DNA from: the human T2T-CHM13v2.0 reference genome, Homo sapiens
Direction: 5' to 3' (one strand)
Length of the DNA stretch: 64,000 nucleotides
NCBI RefSeq assembly: GCF_009914755.1
Contig: NC_060935.1
Shown here: in pieces, positions 13,816-27,757 of the stretch
Layout of the letters: every line of letters begins with the position of its first letter
How positions within the stretch are numbered: position 1 is the first letter of the stretch
Translations under genes and position numbers: made by a program
Notes under the pieces: model-generated
What the model was told of the DNA's origin: nothing
Database searches by the model: none
The model's input: the letters and a program-made list of their open reading frames with translations, nothing else

Positions 13816-13941
13816 CATGTCCCACCCCTTCTCAGTTGATTTGCATGTAGTATTACAAAGTTATCTAATGAATCAAACAAGTGTATATGCACATTTTAAG
13901 CAATTCAGTATTGATACTTTTGTGCAATATGAAGGTGATTT
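13816..13941. repeat. Copy B of the ~125-bp dispersed direct repeat
   Basis: 800 bp downstream of copy A, roughly 85-90% identical by eye. Confidence 0.95.
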
Positions 13942-14339
13942 TAGAACGCAGTGGGGTTAAAGGAGAACCAATAGCAACAGGGTTAAAGGGAGAGCCAGTT
14001 CAGATGACAGCAGGAGGAGTCAGGGCTCCTGGAGGGTGGACTCTGGAAAACTCAAGAAATATCCATTTAAATAAAGTGTTTAGAGATGTGGATGTCACTT
14101 TAGAAGAAAGTATTTTAAAGACTTAAAGCATGCTTTTTTTAAACATAAGGCCTTCTGCTGAACTATTTGACTTTTTAACCACATTACATGTATTAATTTA
14201 ATGGAATGTTTCATTAAAAATAATACTGTGATTAAAAAAATTTAAACTGAGCTGGTAAGACTGGTGGAGGAAAAACTTTGCCATTCTTATTAAGGATGCT
14301 TGACTTTGGCCTGGGCCTTGGCATTTTCTAGGGATGCCT

Positions 14340-14690
14340 CAGGTATGGTGGAAAAAGTGTAGGCTGGGGACCCAAAGAGACTGATTGTCAGTCCTCTCCC
14401 TGCCCTACTAGTTGTGTGGCTGTAGATGATGGCAATGTTGTATTTCCTACACACCTGCTATGTACCTTGGGGGTTGGTGTTATCTTTATTTGATAAAAAA
14501 AAGGGAGCACCAGAAGCTCTGTGACCCCAGGCAAGTTATTTAAAACTTTCTGCATCTTCGTTTCTGACACAGATATGAGTAGTGCCTGTCTAATACCGTT
14601 GCTGTGATGGTCAGAGATGTACTCTATGGGCAGCAGCTAACCCAATGCCTGGATTATAAACACTAAACAAGTGCTTGTTATTGTTACTAA
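14340..14690 (+). mobile_element. MIR fragments
   Basis: ggtatggtggaaaaagtgtaggct...tgtgaccccaggcaagttatttaaaactttctgcatct. Confidence 0.55.
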
Positions 14691-15407
14691 AGTGTATGGT
14701 TTCAGCCATCCTCCTGGCTAGGTATTTGACTTAGTTCCTCTCTTCTCTAAAAGATGAAAACAGTAATTCCAGACTTGTATTGGGGTGTACTTTAGGAGTA
14801 TATATTGGAAGTTCTCTCAACTCTGTGATAAGAGGATCTAGCAGTCTAAGAAAAAAGATGAGACAACATCATCTACAGATACCATCTCAAACATGGTTTC
14901 TTCCAGAATTAAGATGTTATCTCTCATTGATGGTTAAGATGGAGCAATTGACATGTAAATATGATGCATTTTATTCTCCTGTTTAGTTTTTTGGTGAGAT
15001 TATCAATCTCACTGGAAAACAAGAAGGGTCTGCAGATGTCTGGTAAGGAAAACATTAACATCAGTTGTACATTAGACATATTACTTGCTTTCCAGATCTT
15101 GTTAAGGTATCAGGAAATCCCTTTATCCTTTGGTATACAAAGTAGTACTTGAATTCTTGCAATATATTTTGTACTTCCTGTTGCAAAAGGGAAGATTTAA
15201 CTAATTTTTTTCTACTAGGGATTTGTAGTAGGATATGAGAATAAATAAAGCAGTTTCATTGACTCACTTATGCAGCTGAAGTTTGTAAAAAACCTCACCT
15301 AGATATTTCAAGGAAGTAATAGCTAATTTTTTTATCCCCTTATGTATGAAACCTTTTAACATACATCATCTCCTACAATCCTCACAACAACTCTTAAGGA
15401 TACTATC

Positions 15408-16341
<934 letters not shown>

Positions 16342-16359
16342 TATTACTGTATTATCATC

Positions 16360-16620
16360 GTTTTGTTTGTTTGTTTTTGAGATGGTCTTCTTTGGAGGGG
16401 TCTCACTCTGTTGCCCAGGCTGGAGTTCAGCAGTGTGATCACAGCTCCCTGCAGCCTGACCACCTGGGCTCAAGTGATCCTCCTGCCTTAGCCTCGTGAG
16501 TAGCTGGGACCACAGATGTGCCACCACATCCATCTAATTTTTTTGTTTATTTTTAGAGATGAGGTCTCTCTATGTAACCCAGGCTGGTCTTGAACTCCTG
16601 GGCTGAAGTGATCCTGCCAG
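16360..16620 (-). mobile_element. AluJ-like element lacking its extreme 5' end
   Basis: (TTTG)n tail; tctcactctgttgcccaggctggag...ctgggctcaagtgatcctcc (J-type text). Confidence 0.9.
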
Positions 16621-16759
16621 AATTTTCAATTTCAAATAAAAAACTTAATTTGAGTGACTTGCCTAACTTCCACGCAGGTAATAGATGGGGAAACTGATGC
16701 CTATACTTTTGGACTTTCTTTGTTCAGGGTATGCCATCTACTGAAACACTCCCTTCCAC

Positions 16760-17050
16760 CCAGATCTCAGGGGCTTACCACAGGTCAGCAGGGATGTGGG
16801 ACTGCAGCAAGCCCTGCTCCATACAGTCATTCAGGGATTCAGGCACCTCTATCCCCCAGCCCTTCCCAGAATCCCCTGCATCCCGTCGGCTGACTCACAG
16901 GAAAGAGGGAGTGGCAAGGCCTGGATGTAGTTTGGGGACATTGCTGTACGTCTATCCATACTGCATTGCCCCCACTTACCTGCAAGGGAGCCTGCAGAAT
17001 TTCTTTTCCTATGTGCCCAGGCAGAAAAAGGAGTGGGGTTTGGTGAGCAT
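16760..17050 (-). mobile_element. Old MaLR LTR fragment (MLT1J/K-like)
   Basis: ctgctccatacagtcattcagggattcaggc...cttacctgcaagggagcctgcagaat...tgtgcccaggcagaaaaagga. Confidence 0.5.
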
Positions 17051-17714
17051 CGTGGCGTTTTCTTCCTTCCAGGAGCACATAATGATGTTTTAATCCCATT
17101 CTTATATTCCTTACGCCATTTTTCTGTGTCCCTTTGAGAAGTGTTCGAGACTTACAGCTTCTACCTGTTGGGATTCAATTTAAGAAAAGAGTGGAAGTGG
17201 AGGTTTTGTTTTCTATGCAGTAAGTTTCCTGAATTCCAGGGGAAATGAGCTGATTATTTTCTTATACTTAGCTGGATATTTCAACAGAGTCTTTTCCAAA
17301 ATTGAAAGAGTTTTCTAAATGAAATGACTTGATTTAAAATTAAAATAGATGCAGAGATGTATTTTTCCCCCTCAATAAATTTTCTGAGTCAGGTTCTTGC
17401 CTCCCATAATTGAAGGCAACCATAATAACGAATTTGATTGCATGGCTTTTACTCTTACTTTTGAGGTAATTGCCAGATTGGCATCCACAGTAATTTGTAT
17501 GTGAGAGGTGATCAGATGTGAACATTTCCATTCAGTCAACTCCCTGGAATTCAGACACATCACTGCTTCTGGTTTTAGAATTAGGACCAGTAATTGCAGC
17601 TGTGGGGTGAGCTGCGCATCTGAAATAGGCTGTGTTTCATGTGTGATAGTAATGTTATCAGACTTGCTTAGGGAGGCAGAGGTGAGCAGATTCCTATTCT
17701 TCTCCATATCCTAA

Positions 17715-17776
17715 AGTAGTAGTGGTAATAATAGTAGTAATAGCAAGAGCAGCAGCAGTTGTTGTTGTTGTTGTTA
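17715..17776. repeat. Compound (AGT/AAT)n-(GCA)n-(GTT)n trinucleotide tract
   Basis: Directly visible. Confidence 0.85.
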
Positions 17777-20619
17777 TGAAAATACAGCAGGAAATGTGCA
17801 GATGGGGGTGGAGTTGGGGGTGCCCAGCTTCAGGATGTATTAAAACAAGCGTGGAGACAGAATGAAGACTGATGAAAGATTAAGATGAAAATATACAAGT
17901 TTCTTACTTTTACTTTTAATCCTAAATTAGATACTGGGTTAATTTTTTCTTCAGTAGAAGTGGAAACACATTTTTCCTCTACTATGCAAAGAGAATAGTG
18001 GCTATTCTTCAGAGGATTTAAAAAAATCATGTGAATTAAAGGTTAACAAGCCATATGGCTGTGGATCTACGCTTCCTTCTGGAGCTGTCTTTTAAAGGGA
18101 TATGTTTTCCAGCTTCCTTACTCTTATAAAAAGCACTTTCATTCTCCTGCTTGTTTTTAATTAGTTAATATGCATTTGTTGAACTTCCGCTGTGTTCACA
18201 GCATTGTAACAAGCACTTCTGGTGGATACTGAAGACATGACTAAGACATTTAGATCAATCCTACATATCTTGTAGGGATTTATAAAGTTGGTTGGCCAGT
18301 AACATCTTCATGCTGCAATCCTGTTACCATTGTTTTAGACATACTGTGTTTGATATCCATAAGAGAGAGAAAACTGCTGAGAGTTATAATCTGCTTTTTT
18401 TCAAGTTCTGACTTGCAATTTATTCTGATTTCTTTTAGATTTGGCCTAGTTTCTTTGAGGCTTGGGCCTGAGGTCCATGCTAATTTATATGATTGATGAG
18501 CTGTCTTTCATTTTGTGCTGTTGACAGAAAAGGAAAATTAACCTCAAATCTAGTCGTGATAATGAGGCCACAGCTTAACTCACTCACATGTCCTGGGGGT
18601 CAGTTTCTTTCTCTGTCTGTTGTCCAGTCATGCGCAGGCAGGTGGCACATTAGTACCTGGGCAAAGAAACTCTTCCCCTGGGGATTTGTCCTTGAGGACA
18701 ATAGACTTTTTTTTTTTCACTTTCACCTACCCTTTAGGGGCTGTGAACTTGGTACGGAGATTTAAAAGAAAACCCTAAATGCTTTGCTGTAGAGTATTCA
18801 AGATATAAACACACTAATATTTGACTGGAGTCTTGGTGTTACCATGACTCTTTCCCTTTATTAAGAAAGGAAACCATTTTTAAATTGTAGAAAAACTCAA
18901 TATCCAGCCATATTCCAGAAGGAAGAGAATTCATCTGTACATATGAATTGCTTATGAGGTCTTGTGGTTATTTCTTTTCTTCTTTTTCTTCTTCTTTCAC
19001 TGCTTCTCTTGAATGGCCCTGGTTTCTGTAGACCTGGACGATGTGTGATTGGGTGACAGCTCCAATCTGTTAACATCTCATGGTGTAGGATCGTACAGAA
19101 GATGAAGATTAAATATTGTTTTAATATGCCCTTTCCTTAGCTGTCAGCAGCTTTAGTGATTCACAAATAGCTTGTGGTTTATAAATATTAAATCAAGGAT
19201 TCATTATGGGGAGGCGTCAGTGTGACTAACCAAACCCCAAACCCCAGGGATCTAGCTATCACGATGCCATTTGTGATGAGAAATTCAGGGCTGAAAAATA
19301 GTTTCTATTCTCCTTAGACATTTAAAAACACATGGGAAATATTCTGTTATTATCATAAAGTAGTCTGGAATCTACGTTAAGAAGACTCTGTTAATAACCT
19401 TGAATCAACACTCTCGAGCATTTTATGGTGAAGAAGGCAATATAATAATACAACATTTACCTGGGGCGGTTAGACTTTTAACACCTTATTCTTTGAATTT
19501 GTAGAGACAAGAAAATGAAACACAGTAAAAATAACTAAGCACTGAGTAAAACAGTTGTTACAAAACCCATACATTCCTAGTTAGTAGAAGTCTTACAGAA
19601 ACACCCTTAGACCTTATAACTAGGGCCCATTTTGTTATAATTCTTCTATGAAAACAGCAATTCTGGTTTGATAAGTTTGATTCTCAATTTTTCCCTTGAA
19701 ACTCTTAATTCAAGTTTATATGGACAACATATTATATGACACATCTCACCTTGAGATGAGACAATTGAGCAGCAGACAGCAGAATCACTAACAATAATGA
19801 CATCGAGATCTTGGATCCCTTATTGAATGGGTGAGTAACTCTGCACATCTCACCACCCCTGAAGGCATTCTCGTACTATATTGTCCAGGATAGTGACAGA
19901 TTTTTATAAAGATGACCCCAAGACACGAAGGAGATATTAAATTATGCTCAGCCTACTGGGGAAATGTATTGTTCTTTTTTAAGAGCCCGCCACTGAAATA
20001 TTTTTTAAAGGCCTTGGTGTTCTAGGAAGAAAGCTTCATTATTGGGTAATTCACATGTGTGAAGCCCATATCATCTAACAGAGCTGGATATAAGAAGCAT
20101 TGGAATATTTTCTAGATGAAATGTAACACTACCCCTGCTTTCCATATTTGCATTTATTAAGTATGTTTGGTCCAAATAATTACTATGTCACTGTTATTTT
20201 ATTATTACTGTGATCTCCTCTTTAGTTTTATTTTCCTCTTAACATCTGTCTTTCCAAGACAGAGGCATGTCAGGAAGGAATGTAGACCATCTCCACGCCT
20301 CCTGGAATATGCCTTTGGCTGGGAGGTCCTGAATAAAACATTTAGCACTTACCAGCCAGTTTAAGGATGTGACTCCAGTCCCCGAGAAGTCCAAGTCTGT
20401 TTCAGAGCCTGCCTTGTCAGCCTCACGTCAGCATGGCCCAGTCACTTCTCTGCTCCTGTCCTGGGTGCCTGGGAGAAGTCTCCAATCTCAGGGAGCCCTT
20501 GTAGCCTTGTCTACTTGACTCCCTATCTTAGTCCCCACCCGGGCTCTTCCAAGCCATTTCCACACTCCCCAAGCCCCCAGCCCTGAGCCTGATCCTGCCA
20601 CTCTTAGTAAATAACATCA

Positions 20620-21560
20620 CCTCTGGTTTGGAAGTTCTAATCTACCTGACATGAGCTGCTTCCTGCTTTTTATTCTCCCACTCCAAATTTCTGGAGTCCT
20701 TATTACCCTCTCTTCCCAGCTCAACAGAAGAGCCACCCTTTTCCTTTTCCAGGCTGGACGCAGCAGCCCTCTCCAGCACTCCACCACCCTGAACCATCAG
20801 CTTTCCCTTCTCTCTGGCCTGCCTGGCTCGCTCCTCTGCTCTCCTCTAGGGTGCCTCTCCCCCATTCCATTGCCTGAACCACCTGCCAAGCCACTGCTTC
20901 CCCCTGCCTTGCCCCTGCACTCACCTCCCACTCTGCCCTTTCTGTGTTGCCGTTGCCCCTGCCGCCTCTACTTTATAGATGCCTTCCCTCCGGGTCATTG
21001 TCTACTCCCAGGTCCCCCATCCTTCTGCTGTTTTGGAGTTCATCCTTCTTGCCTGCCGTCTTTATTTGGTGCTTCTGACCACCTTTTCCTTCTGGAACCC
21101 TCTTTCCTTGGAGCCCTTTGCTATTATCATAATTCTCACTATCCTTGCAAACCATTCTACCTTGCAAGGTAAGCTTCTACCCCGCCCCACCTCAAATATT
21201 TCAAGGAAATTGATGCCCTACAGATAGGCTAAGATTTCATTACCATTTTGCTTGTCTCTGTAGGTCCCGGGGGCACCCACATCTGAATTCTGGTGCCTGG
21301 GCTTCTTGATCCCTGGCCCAGTCTTTTTTCTAATGCCCACATTGCTTGCCAGGAACAGGTGGGCATTCATCTCAGTTCATTTCTCAGCTTTTTTCACTGT
21401 GCTTTTTCCATTTACCCTTTCTTCTGTACCCATGACTTTAACTACCATCCTTATTAATACGACTTCCAAACTTATCTTTAGCTAGATCCTCCTCCTCCAG
21501 TCTTTATATCTGAGTTTTTATCAGGTACCTGATACCACACCAATGCCTTAGAATTAACAC
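20620..21560 (+). mobile_element. Probable L2 remnant, pyrimidine-rich
   Basis: C/T-rich degenerate text ending catgactttaactaccatcc...gacttccaaacttatctttagc, typical of L2. Confidence 0.45.
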
Positions 21561-21589
21561 CCACATCAAATCACATTCATAAAGCATTT

Positions 21590-21790
21590 TGAGATTCACA
21601 AAGTGCTCCCACATTTTTTAGCTTATTTAGTCCTCATTATAATTTAGAGAGGACGTTATTATCAGCCACCTTTTTAAGATGAAGCAATTGAAGCTCGGAA
21701 AAGTTACAGGATTGCTCAGAATGACACATGGAGAAAAACAAGAGGGTTGGGTTTGTGAGCTGTAATCCCTTTGCTCTTTTCCTGCCCAGG
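21590..21790 (-). mobile_element. MIR SINE
   Basis: tttagtcctcattataat...ttttaagatgaagcaattgaagctcggaaaagttacaggattgctcaga. Confidence 0.65.
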
Positions 21791-22699
21791 CAGCCTGGGG
21801 TCTGTTCCCAGGCTAGTTCAAGGCTGAAATTGCCATTGTCCCTCCTCTCGTCTCCTTGATAACAGTAATAAAATAACAGAAACAAGGTGCAAGCCATTAG
21901 CAGCCTCAGACTGGTGCTGGTATGGGAACGTCTTAGCTGCAGAGACCCCGTCTCCATCATCACTGGACCCCTGAACACAGGGTCTGTTATATAGGAGTTC
22001 ATTTAAGAAGCATCTGCTGGTTTGGATTGAATTGTTTAGTGTTGAGTTCTTGTCTAATGCACCCAGACTTACAGCCTTACGGTCAGTCACGTTGGAGTCC
22101 CTCCTTACTGTTCTTCACTAAATGCATAAGTCCGATATATTTTTCCTTTTTCAATGCTGCGGGCATTTCTATGTTGCTCCCACTTTCTGCTTCAGATACC
22201 ATACTCTGGTCCTCATGTTGACATGTCTCTTGTACTGTGCCTGTAGCCTCCTCCGTAGTCCTTAGGCTTCTGGCCTCTGGCTCCATGAGTGCCAGATACA
22301 TCTCCTGAAAATACAGCTCTCTTCCTGGACTCAGACTTTTTCTTCGAGTGTGTGGGAATTTTAGAGATTGTCTGGCCCAGCCTCCAAGGAAAGAAAAATG
22401 TCAAAACACAGTCCCAGAGGGCCAGGCTCACCCCTGCGGGTGGGGAGCACCACTACCAACCAGGGGCTTCCTGACACCCAGTCCCGGGCTCCTGCCTCTG
22501 TGTCATTGTGCATCTTGTCAGTCCCTCCATCTGAAGTCTGCACCAATTCTCCCCAGCCAAAAATGAAGTCCAGGTTTCTTTGTCCAGCATTGAGGCCCTC
22601 TCCATGACCCAGTTCTAACATGTTGTTCGAATTATCGCTCACTAATCCCTAAATCGATGTCCCAGCCAAAGTGCCCCACTCACTGTTCTCCAGCAAGCC

Positions 22700-23050
22700 C
22701 ACTGCTCTCTGGCCTCCTTGCCTTTTGTAGATAATCCTCTCTGTGCAGAATCCCTTCATCATCTTCCTCTCATGCCATCCTTTCCAAGGAAAATTTCCTG
22801 ATTATTTGTAGTTGAAAAGAAAGGGACTCTCCCATCTCTGAGAGCCCCATAGCACTTTGCTTCTTTAGTCCGGACTTGACTTGGTCTGACTTGCATTGTA
22901 TTTATTTTTATTCTCGTCTTATCTCCCTACTGATTCTAACCATCTTTAGATCAAGCAAGAATTTCATTTGTTCACCATTGGTATCCCTTAGCATCCAGCA
23001 TAGTAGATCTGCTTGGCTTGGGGCTGGTACCAATTTGGTGATGGGTAGTT
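22700..23050 (+). mobile_element. L2 3' region
   Basis: ccccatagcactttgc...ctccctactgattctaacc...tttgttcaccattggtatcccttagcatccagcatagt. Confidence 0.6.
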
Positions 23051-24139
23051 GAAGACATGACAGAGAGACGGTGCTGTGGAGGGCTTGGGCCCACATTTTG
23101 GGAGTGTTGGATTTAGTTCATCTCCAAAAGAACTCTAGGATTTGGGCTCCACTGAGTTAAAATTAGGTTAAAGTTTTGAAAACATCATAGAGATGTTGAG
23201 GGGGAGAAATGCTTTGCTTCTGCCATTTCTTGCCCCACCCACAGTGGTTGCTCAGTGGTGAGAATCCATCAGCTTTTATTGCAGTCACACCTTTATGGCT
23301 GGTTCTGTGCTTTCTTGGGAGAAACGAGTGTTGGTGTTCCAGGAAGGTGTATTATAGTTCACAAATACTGCGGATATGATGAAATGAATAGACATCGCCA
23401 GGGCTGCAGACTTCTCTTCACGTATGTAAATGTCATCCATTTGTCTACTTATACGACATAGATTTACATGGAAAAAAATATGCCTAACCAAAGGGAAAAC
23501 TCACTGATTTAAAAATACATATGCACTCTAAATCTGTTAGCTTTGGTGTTAAGTGAGGTCAATGTTAAGCAGAATATGTGTGAATCTGCAATAATAATTA
23601 ATGCATTATGTATGATAGGTTGTATTGTCCAGATTTGTTTTTTGCAATTGGCAAACAGAGGCTCACTTGAACTTGGCTTTTCCTGGCGAGGTTTTTGTGC
23701 TCTTCTCTTCTACTCCTTTACTTATTAATGTGCTGCAGGAAACTTACTGGACGTGAGAGTTTGCATTGTTCTTACCTCTGTAATGCGGGAAGATGAAAGG
23801 ATGTAATTGGTCTTCACCAAAATTTATTGCTCCCAGGCAGTTTGATACCAGCAACTTACACTGTGTCGGTATGTTGCCAATAATTCAACATTTTCACTCA
23901 TTTTCTTCAGTCATCTCAAGAACCAAATTAACCAGACAAGTTGTACAATTTAGTTATGAAGCAAACCAAAAAGCAGACCAATTACCAATCATTTGCTGTC
24001 TAAGTTCTGGGAATATAGCCTAGACACAGGATGTAAGTTGAATTATGTTATTTCAGCGTCAGACCCTGGAGAAATATAATTTTCAGAATATTATTTGTCT
24101 GGGGCCTAGACTCTAGGCTACTTCCCTCCAGGAGAAATA

Positions 24140-24762
24140 AAATTAGAGCTTCATATGTATTTAAAAATTTTCTGGTAGCTGTGTTAAAAATAGAAATAGC
24201 TGAAACTAATTTTAATAATATATTCTGTTCAACTCAATATATCAAAAGTATTATCATTTCAACATGTACGCACTATTTTAAAAATAATTGGCCAGGCACG
24301 GTGGCTCACACCTGGAATCCCAGCACTTTGGGAGGCCAAGGCAGGCAGATCATCTGAGGTCAGGAGTTCGAGACCAGCCTGGCCAACATGGCGAAACCCC
24401 ATCTCTACTAAAAATACAAAACTTATCCGGGCGTGGTGGCATGCGCCTGTAGTCCCAGCTACTCGGGAGGCTGAGGCAGGGAGAATTGGTTAAACCCAGG
24501 AGGTGGAGGTTGCAGTGAGCCGAGATCGCGTCACTGCACTCCAGCCTGGGCTACAGGTGAGACTCCATCTCTAAAAAAATAATAATTTTAAAATAAATAA
24601 ATAAAATTAATTGATGCGATATCTTACCTTTTTGCTGTTGTTTTACTGACTCTTTGGAATCTGGAGTGTATTTTACACCCCTCAATTTGGGTTAGCTACA
24701 ATACATTCCAAGTGTACCCTGGTCGCAAATGCATGGTGGCTGCCATATTGGACAGCACAGGT
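24140..24762. mobile_element. MER33-like (hAT-Charlie) element interrupted by an Alu
   Basis: taaaaattttctggtagc...ttttaataatatattctgttcaactcaatatatcaaaagtattatcatttcaacatgta...[Alu]...gtggctgccatattggacagcacag. Confidence 0.7.
24290..24603 (+). mobile_element. Full-length AluSx-like element
   Basis: ggccaggcacggtggctcac...; TSD-like taaaaataattg / taaaattaattg. Confidence 0.95.
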
Positions 24763-24834
24763 TTAGACTGGTTGGGATGTGATTGTCTGAGAAGGAAAAC
24801 AGGTAAAGGAACAATTGTATCATTACCCTTAAAA

Positions 24835-25021
24835 AGGGGACAGCAAACATTTTCAGTAATGGGCAAATTGTAAATATTTAGGTTTTATGGGCTGTGTGGT
24901 CTCTGTTGCTCTGCTGTCATAGCACAAAAGTAGCCATAGACAATGGCTGTGTTCCAAAACTTTATGTACAAAAACAGAAGGCGGGTGAATTTGACTTGCA
25001 TGCTGTAGTTTGTCTACCCTG
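24835..25021. mobile_element. MER58A-like (hAT-Charlie) miniature element
   Basis: aggggacagcaaacattttcagtaatgggc...gtagccatagacaat...ggctgtgttcc...gctgtagtttgtctaccctg, with terminal inverted repeats. Confidence 0.8.
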
Positions 25022-25780
25022 TTCTTAACTTTAAAATACATTGCTCTCTCATAGAAATCAAAATAACTTTGGTTTGGAATTGTTTGTATTTTTAATAATT
25101 GTGTATTTAGAAACCATCAATACAGTAAATGATAGCCTCTGTCATTTATTTCCTCTCTTATAAAGTGATGGGTGATTCTTACTATGTTTTAAGTGTTGTT
25201 TGTTGGTTGGTTTAGAAAATGAAAGTGTTTTTACATCACTATTGATTACCACTTTTCTCTTTTTTTCCCCTTCTACTCTTCATCCCTTCTGGCTGGAATA
25301 ACATGTCTGGATGGTTTGGCTACTGTATTCCTACTCATATTATTCTGTTACAATAGGTAAGACCCTTTTCTTTCCTTTTGAATTATTATTCTGCCTAATG
25401 TTATAATATTAATATGTATGGTTTTGCTTTTAATAAGTGTTCAAGGAAATAGCATGGCATAGTTTCCATAAATTTATTCTAAATTAAATTATTTTCAGCT
25501 ACAAGGAAATGTCATTGGTACAGAGTATAAGTGGAGATAGATTCCAGTCAACTGTGGAATATCCTCTTAAAATATTTTATAAAACATGGTTTACACTCAA
25601 TACACAATAAAAAAATAGATATGTGCAGGATTTTACTGTCTTATTTTTTTCATTCTCAAATCGGATATAAGACAGACATAAACCCATACACGCCTTTATG
25701 TTTGTTAATGTGGTTATGTTTAAACATTTTTTTGAGCTTTTTCTCACATTAGAAGCACTGGCAAGAGATGTTTCTTTGTG

Positions 25781-25978
25781 TTATAGCCTTGGGTAGCATG
25801 CTGGTATATAGTCTGTGAAGCCAGGAGAGTAACTATATAATGAATTGACCATTAGGTTATGTAATGGGGATGACTATCTTTATAGCCTTGGGTAGCATGC
25901 TGGTATATAGTCTGTGAAGCCAGGAGAGTAACTATATAATGAATTGACCATTTGGTTATGTAATGGGGATGACTATCT
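25781..25978. repeat. Near-perfect 99-bp tandem duplication
   Basis: ttatagccttgggtagcatg...ggggatgactatct at 25781-25879 and 25880-25978; one mismatch (attagg/atttgg). Confidence 0.98.
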
Positions 25979-26199
25979 TCAGATTTATTTTGACAACTTG
26001 ATGCGAACCAATGGTAGACCCGCTCATCAGGGTGTAATAGGAACATTTAATGAAAGAAGATATAATGAAGATCTTTAGGTCTCTTCTTGTCATGTAATTT
26101 TATTGTGTCTGAAAAAAAAATTATTTTAAGATTTGTTCTCCACCATTTAAAACAACAACAGCAACATCACCCTGAACCCCTCCAGGGTGAGGTCTGACT

Positions 26200-27385
26200 G
26201 GTTCCACTGCTCCTCCCATGGGTGACACAGTGACCACTGATAGAATCCTCCCCACTCTTCCCCAGAAACACTTTACCCCTTTACCTGTCCCTCTGTCCCT
26301 CTGTGGCTGTTACACATTACGAGGAAGAAACAGTGCTCTGAAAAGAGTCCCCTCAGCTTTTCTCTTCCCTCTCTAAAAGACCTTCTTTCTCTTAATTCGC
26401 TTTCTCTTTCTTTCTAATTTCATGGAAAAAAATAATCCATCTTTCAGAAGCTGAACTTTGCCCTTGTCACTCCCGCCTCCCTCCTCTGACTTCCTCTGGT
26501 ACCTATTTCATCAGTTAAGTCTCGCCCTGTGGCATTTGATGTTTTTTCTTCTCCAGCAGATCCCTGAGCCCAGAGTCCAGCCTGCAGACATCACAGGGCT
26601 TCCTTGTGCCTGAGAGGGACAGAGAATATCCCCTCCCCTTGCTCCTTTGTCCTTCCTTTCCTCACCACTTGTCTGAAGAGATGTTATCACCTCCTTTTCC
26701 TTCCACTCCTGACTCCCTGCCCCTGCCGCAGCCTTTCCACTAGCCATGTCCTCCCAGACACCGAATTCAGTGGCGCCTTCTCAACCTCGGCCTCAGGCCT
26801 CTGCAGCATCTTCCTCCCTCTGCCCTTTGGCCTCCTTCCCTGTTCTCCTCTGGTTTGCCTTCTCCCTTTCTGACTTCACCTTACTTTTGTTCTTCTTGGG
26901 CTTCTTCACTTGTTCCCAGTCCCCGAATGCAGGTGTTCTTGAAAGCCCTCCTTGTGATCTTTCCTCCTGTCCTCATTGACTCCTGAGCCACCCCTAACTC
27001 TTCTCTCTCATCTGCACTGCAGCCCACACTTCCAGTGCCTGCCTGGGAGTGCTTTGCATGGAATATACCCCAGACACATCCATCACCTTCCTTCCTCCTG
27101 TTAGGGCCATGGTCATTCCCTTGGTCTTTTCCTCACCTGTCCCAGCTGTCATTTGCGAAGGCTTAGATCTGCCTCAGCCCTGACTTTTCCATTCCCTTCT
27201 CCATAACCAGTGTGGCCTTTGCAGGGTCACTGCCAGATTCCCCGCTCGCCCCTTCACCCGTTGCTGTTAGATTCATCTTCATAAAGCTCTCATCCCATCC
27301 CTCTCCTGCTCCAGAAAGTGTCCTTGACTTTTCATCACTACTTAGATTAGTGCCTGACACATAGTAAGTACTCAGTCAATACTAA
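26200..27385 (+). mobile_element. L2 remnant
   Basis: Long C/T-rich L2-like text ending in the L2 terminus tagtgcctgacacatagtaagtactcagtcaatact. Confidence 0.55.
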
Positions 27386-27757
27386 TTTTCCTCCTTCTCT
27401 TCTTCCTCATCATTTGTATTCTCAAATTCTTATTTTGCCATTTAAAACTTTCTGTGATCTAGACCAACCTTCTTTTTGACTTTATTTCCCACCAGTGGAA
27501 ATAGAGTGGGAAAGACAGAACTGCAGGTAGTTCCTCCCCAGGGTGGTAAATGGGGGCCATAGGAGATGAGGCTGGCGAGGGGGCACTGGGGACAGATCAG
27601 GGAGGGGGGCTGTATCAGGTTTTAGAACTTCATCCTGTGGGTGCCATGAAGGATTTCAAATAGAGGTGTGATATGCCTGTGTGGTCATCAATACAGACCA
27701 CTCATCCTGCTGACACATTGTCTGTCCCCTCTCCTGTGTCCCTATTGAAATCCTACC

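Noticed and set aside
13880-13932. Minus-strand TATTGCAC (miR-25/32/92 seed-like) in the duplicated hairpin
   Set aside because: The rest matches no family member I recall, copy A lacks the motif, and the stem is too weak for a confident pre-miRNA.
13881-14126. Collagen-like peptide GVKGEP...GLKGEP
   Set aside because: It comes from a short duplicated gggttaaagg motif; there is no sustained Gly-X-Y periodicity and no splice sites.
19770-19837. Donor-like TGG|GTGAGT with an open upstream frame (ITNNNDIEILDPLLNG)
   Set aside because: No pyrimidine-rich acceptor at a plausible distance, and an unrecognised peptide.
20651-21172. Longest ORF (173 aa, Pro/Leu/Ser-rich)
   Set aside because: It arises from C/T-rich degenerate L2-like DNA that is poor in stop codons; no recognisable domain.
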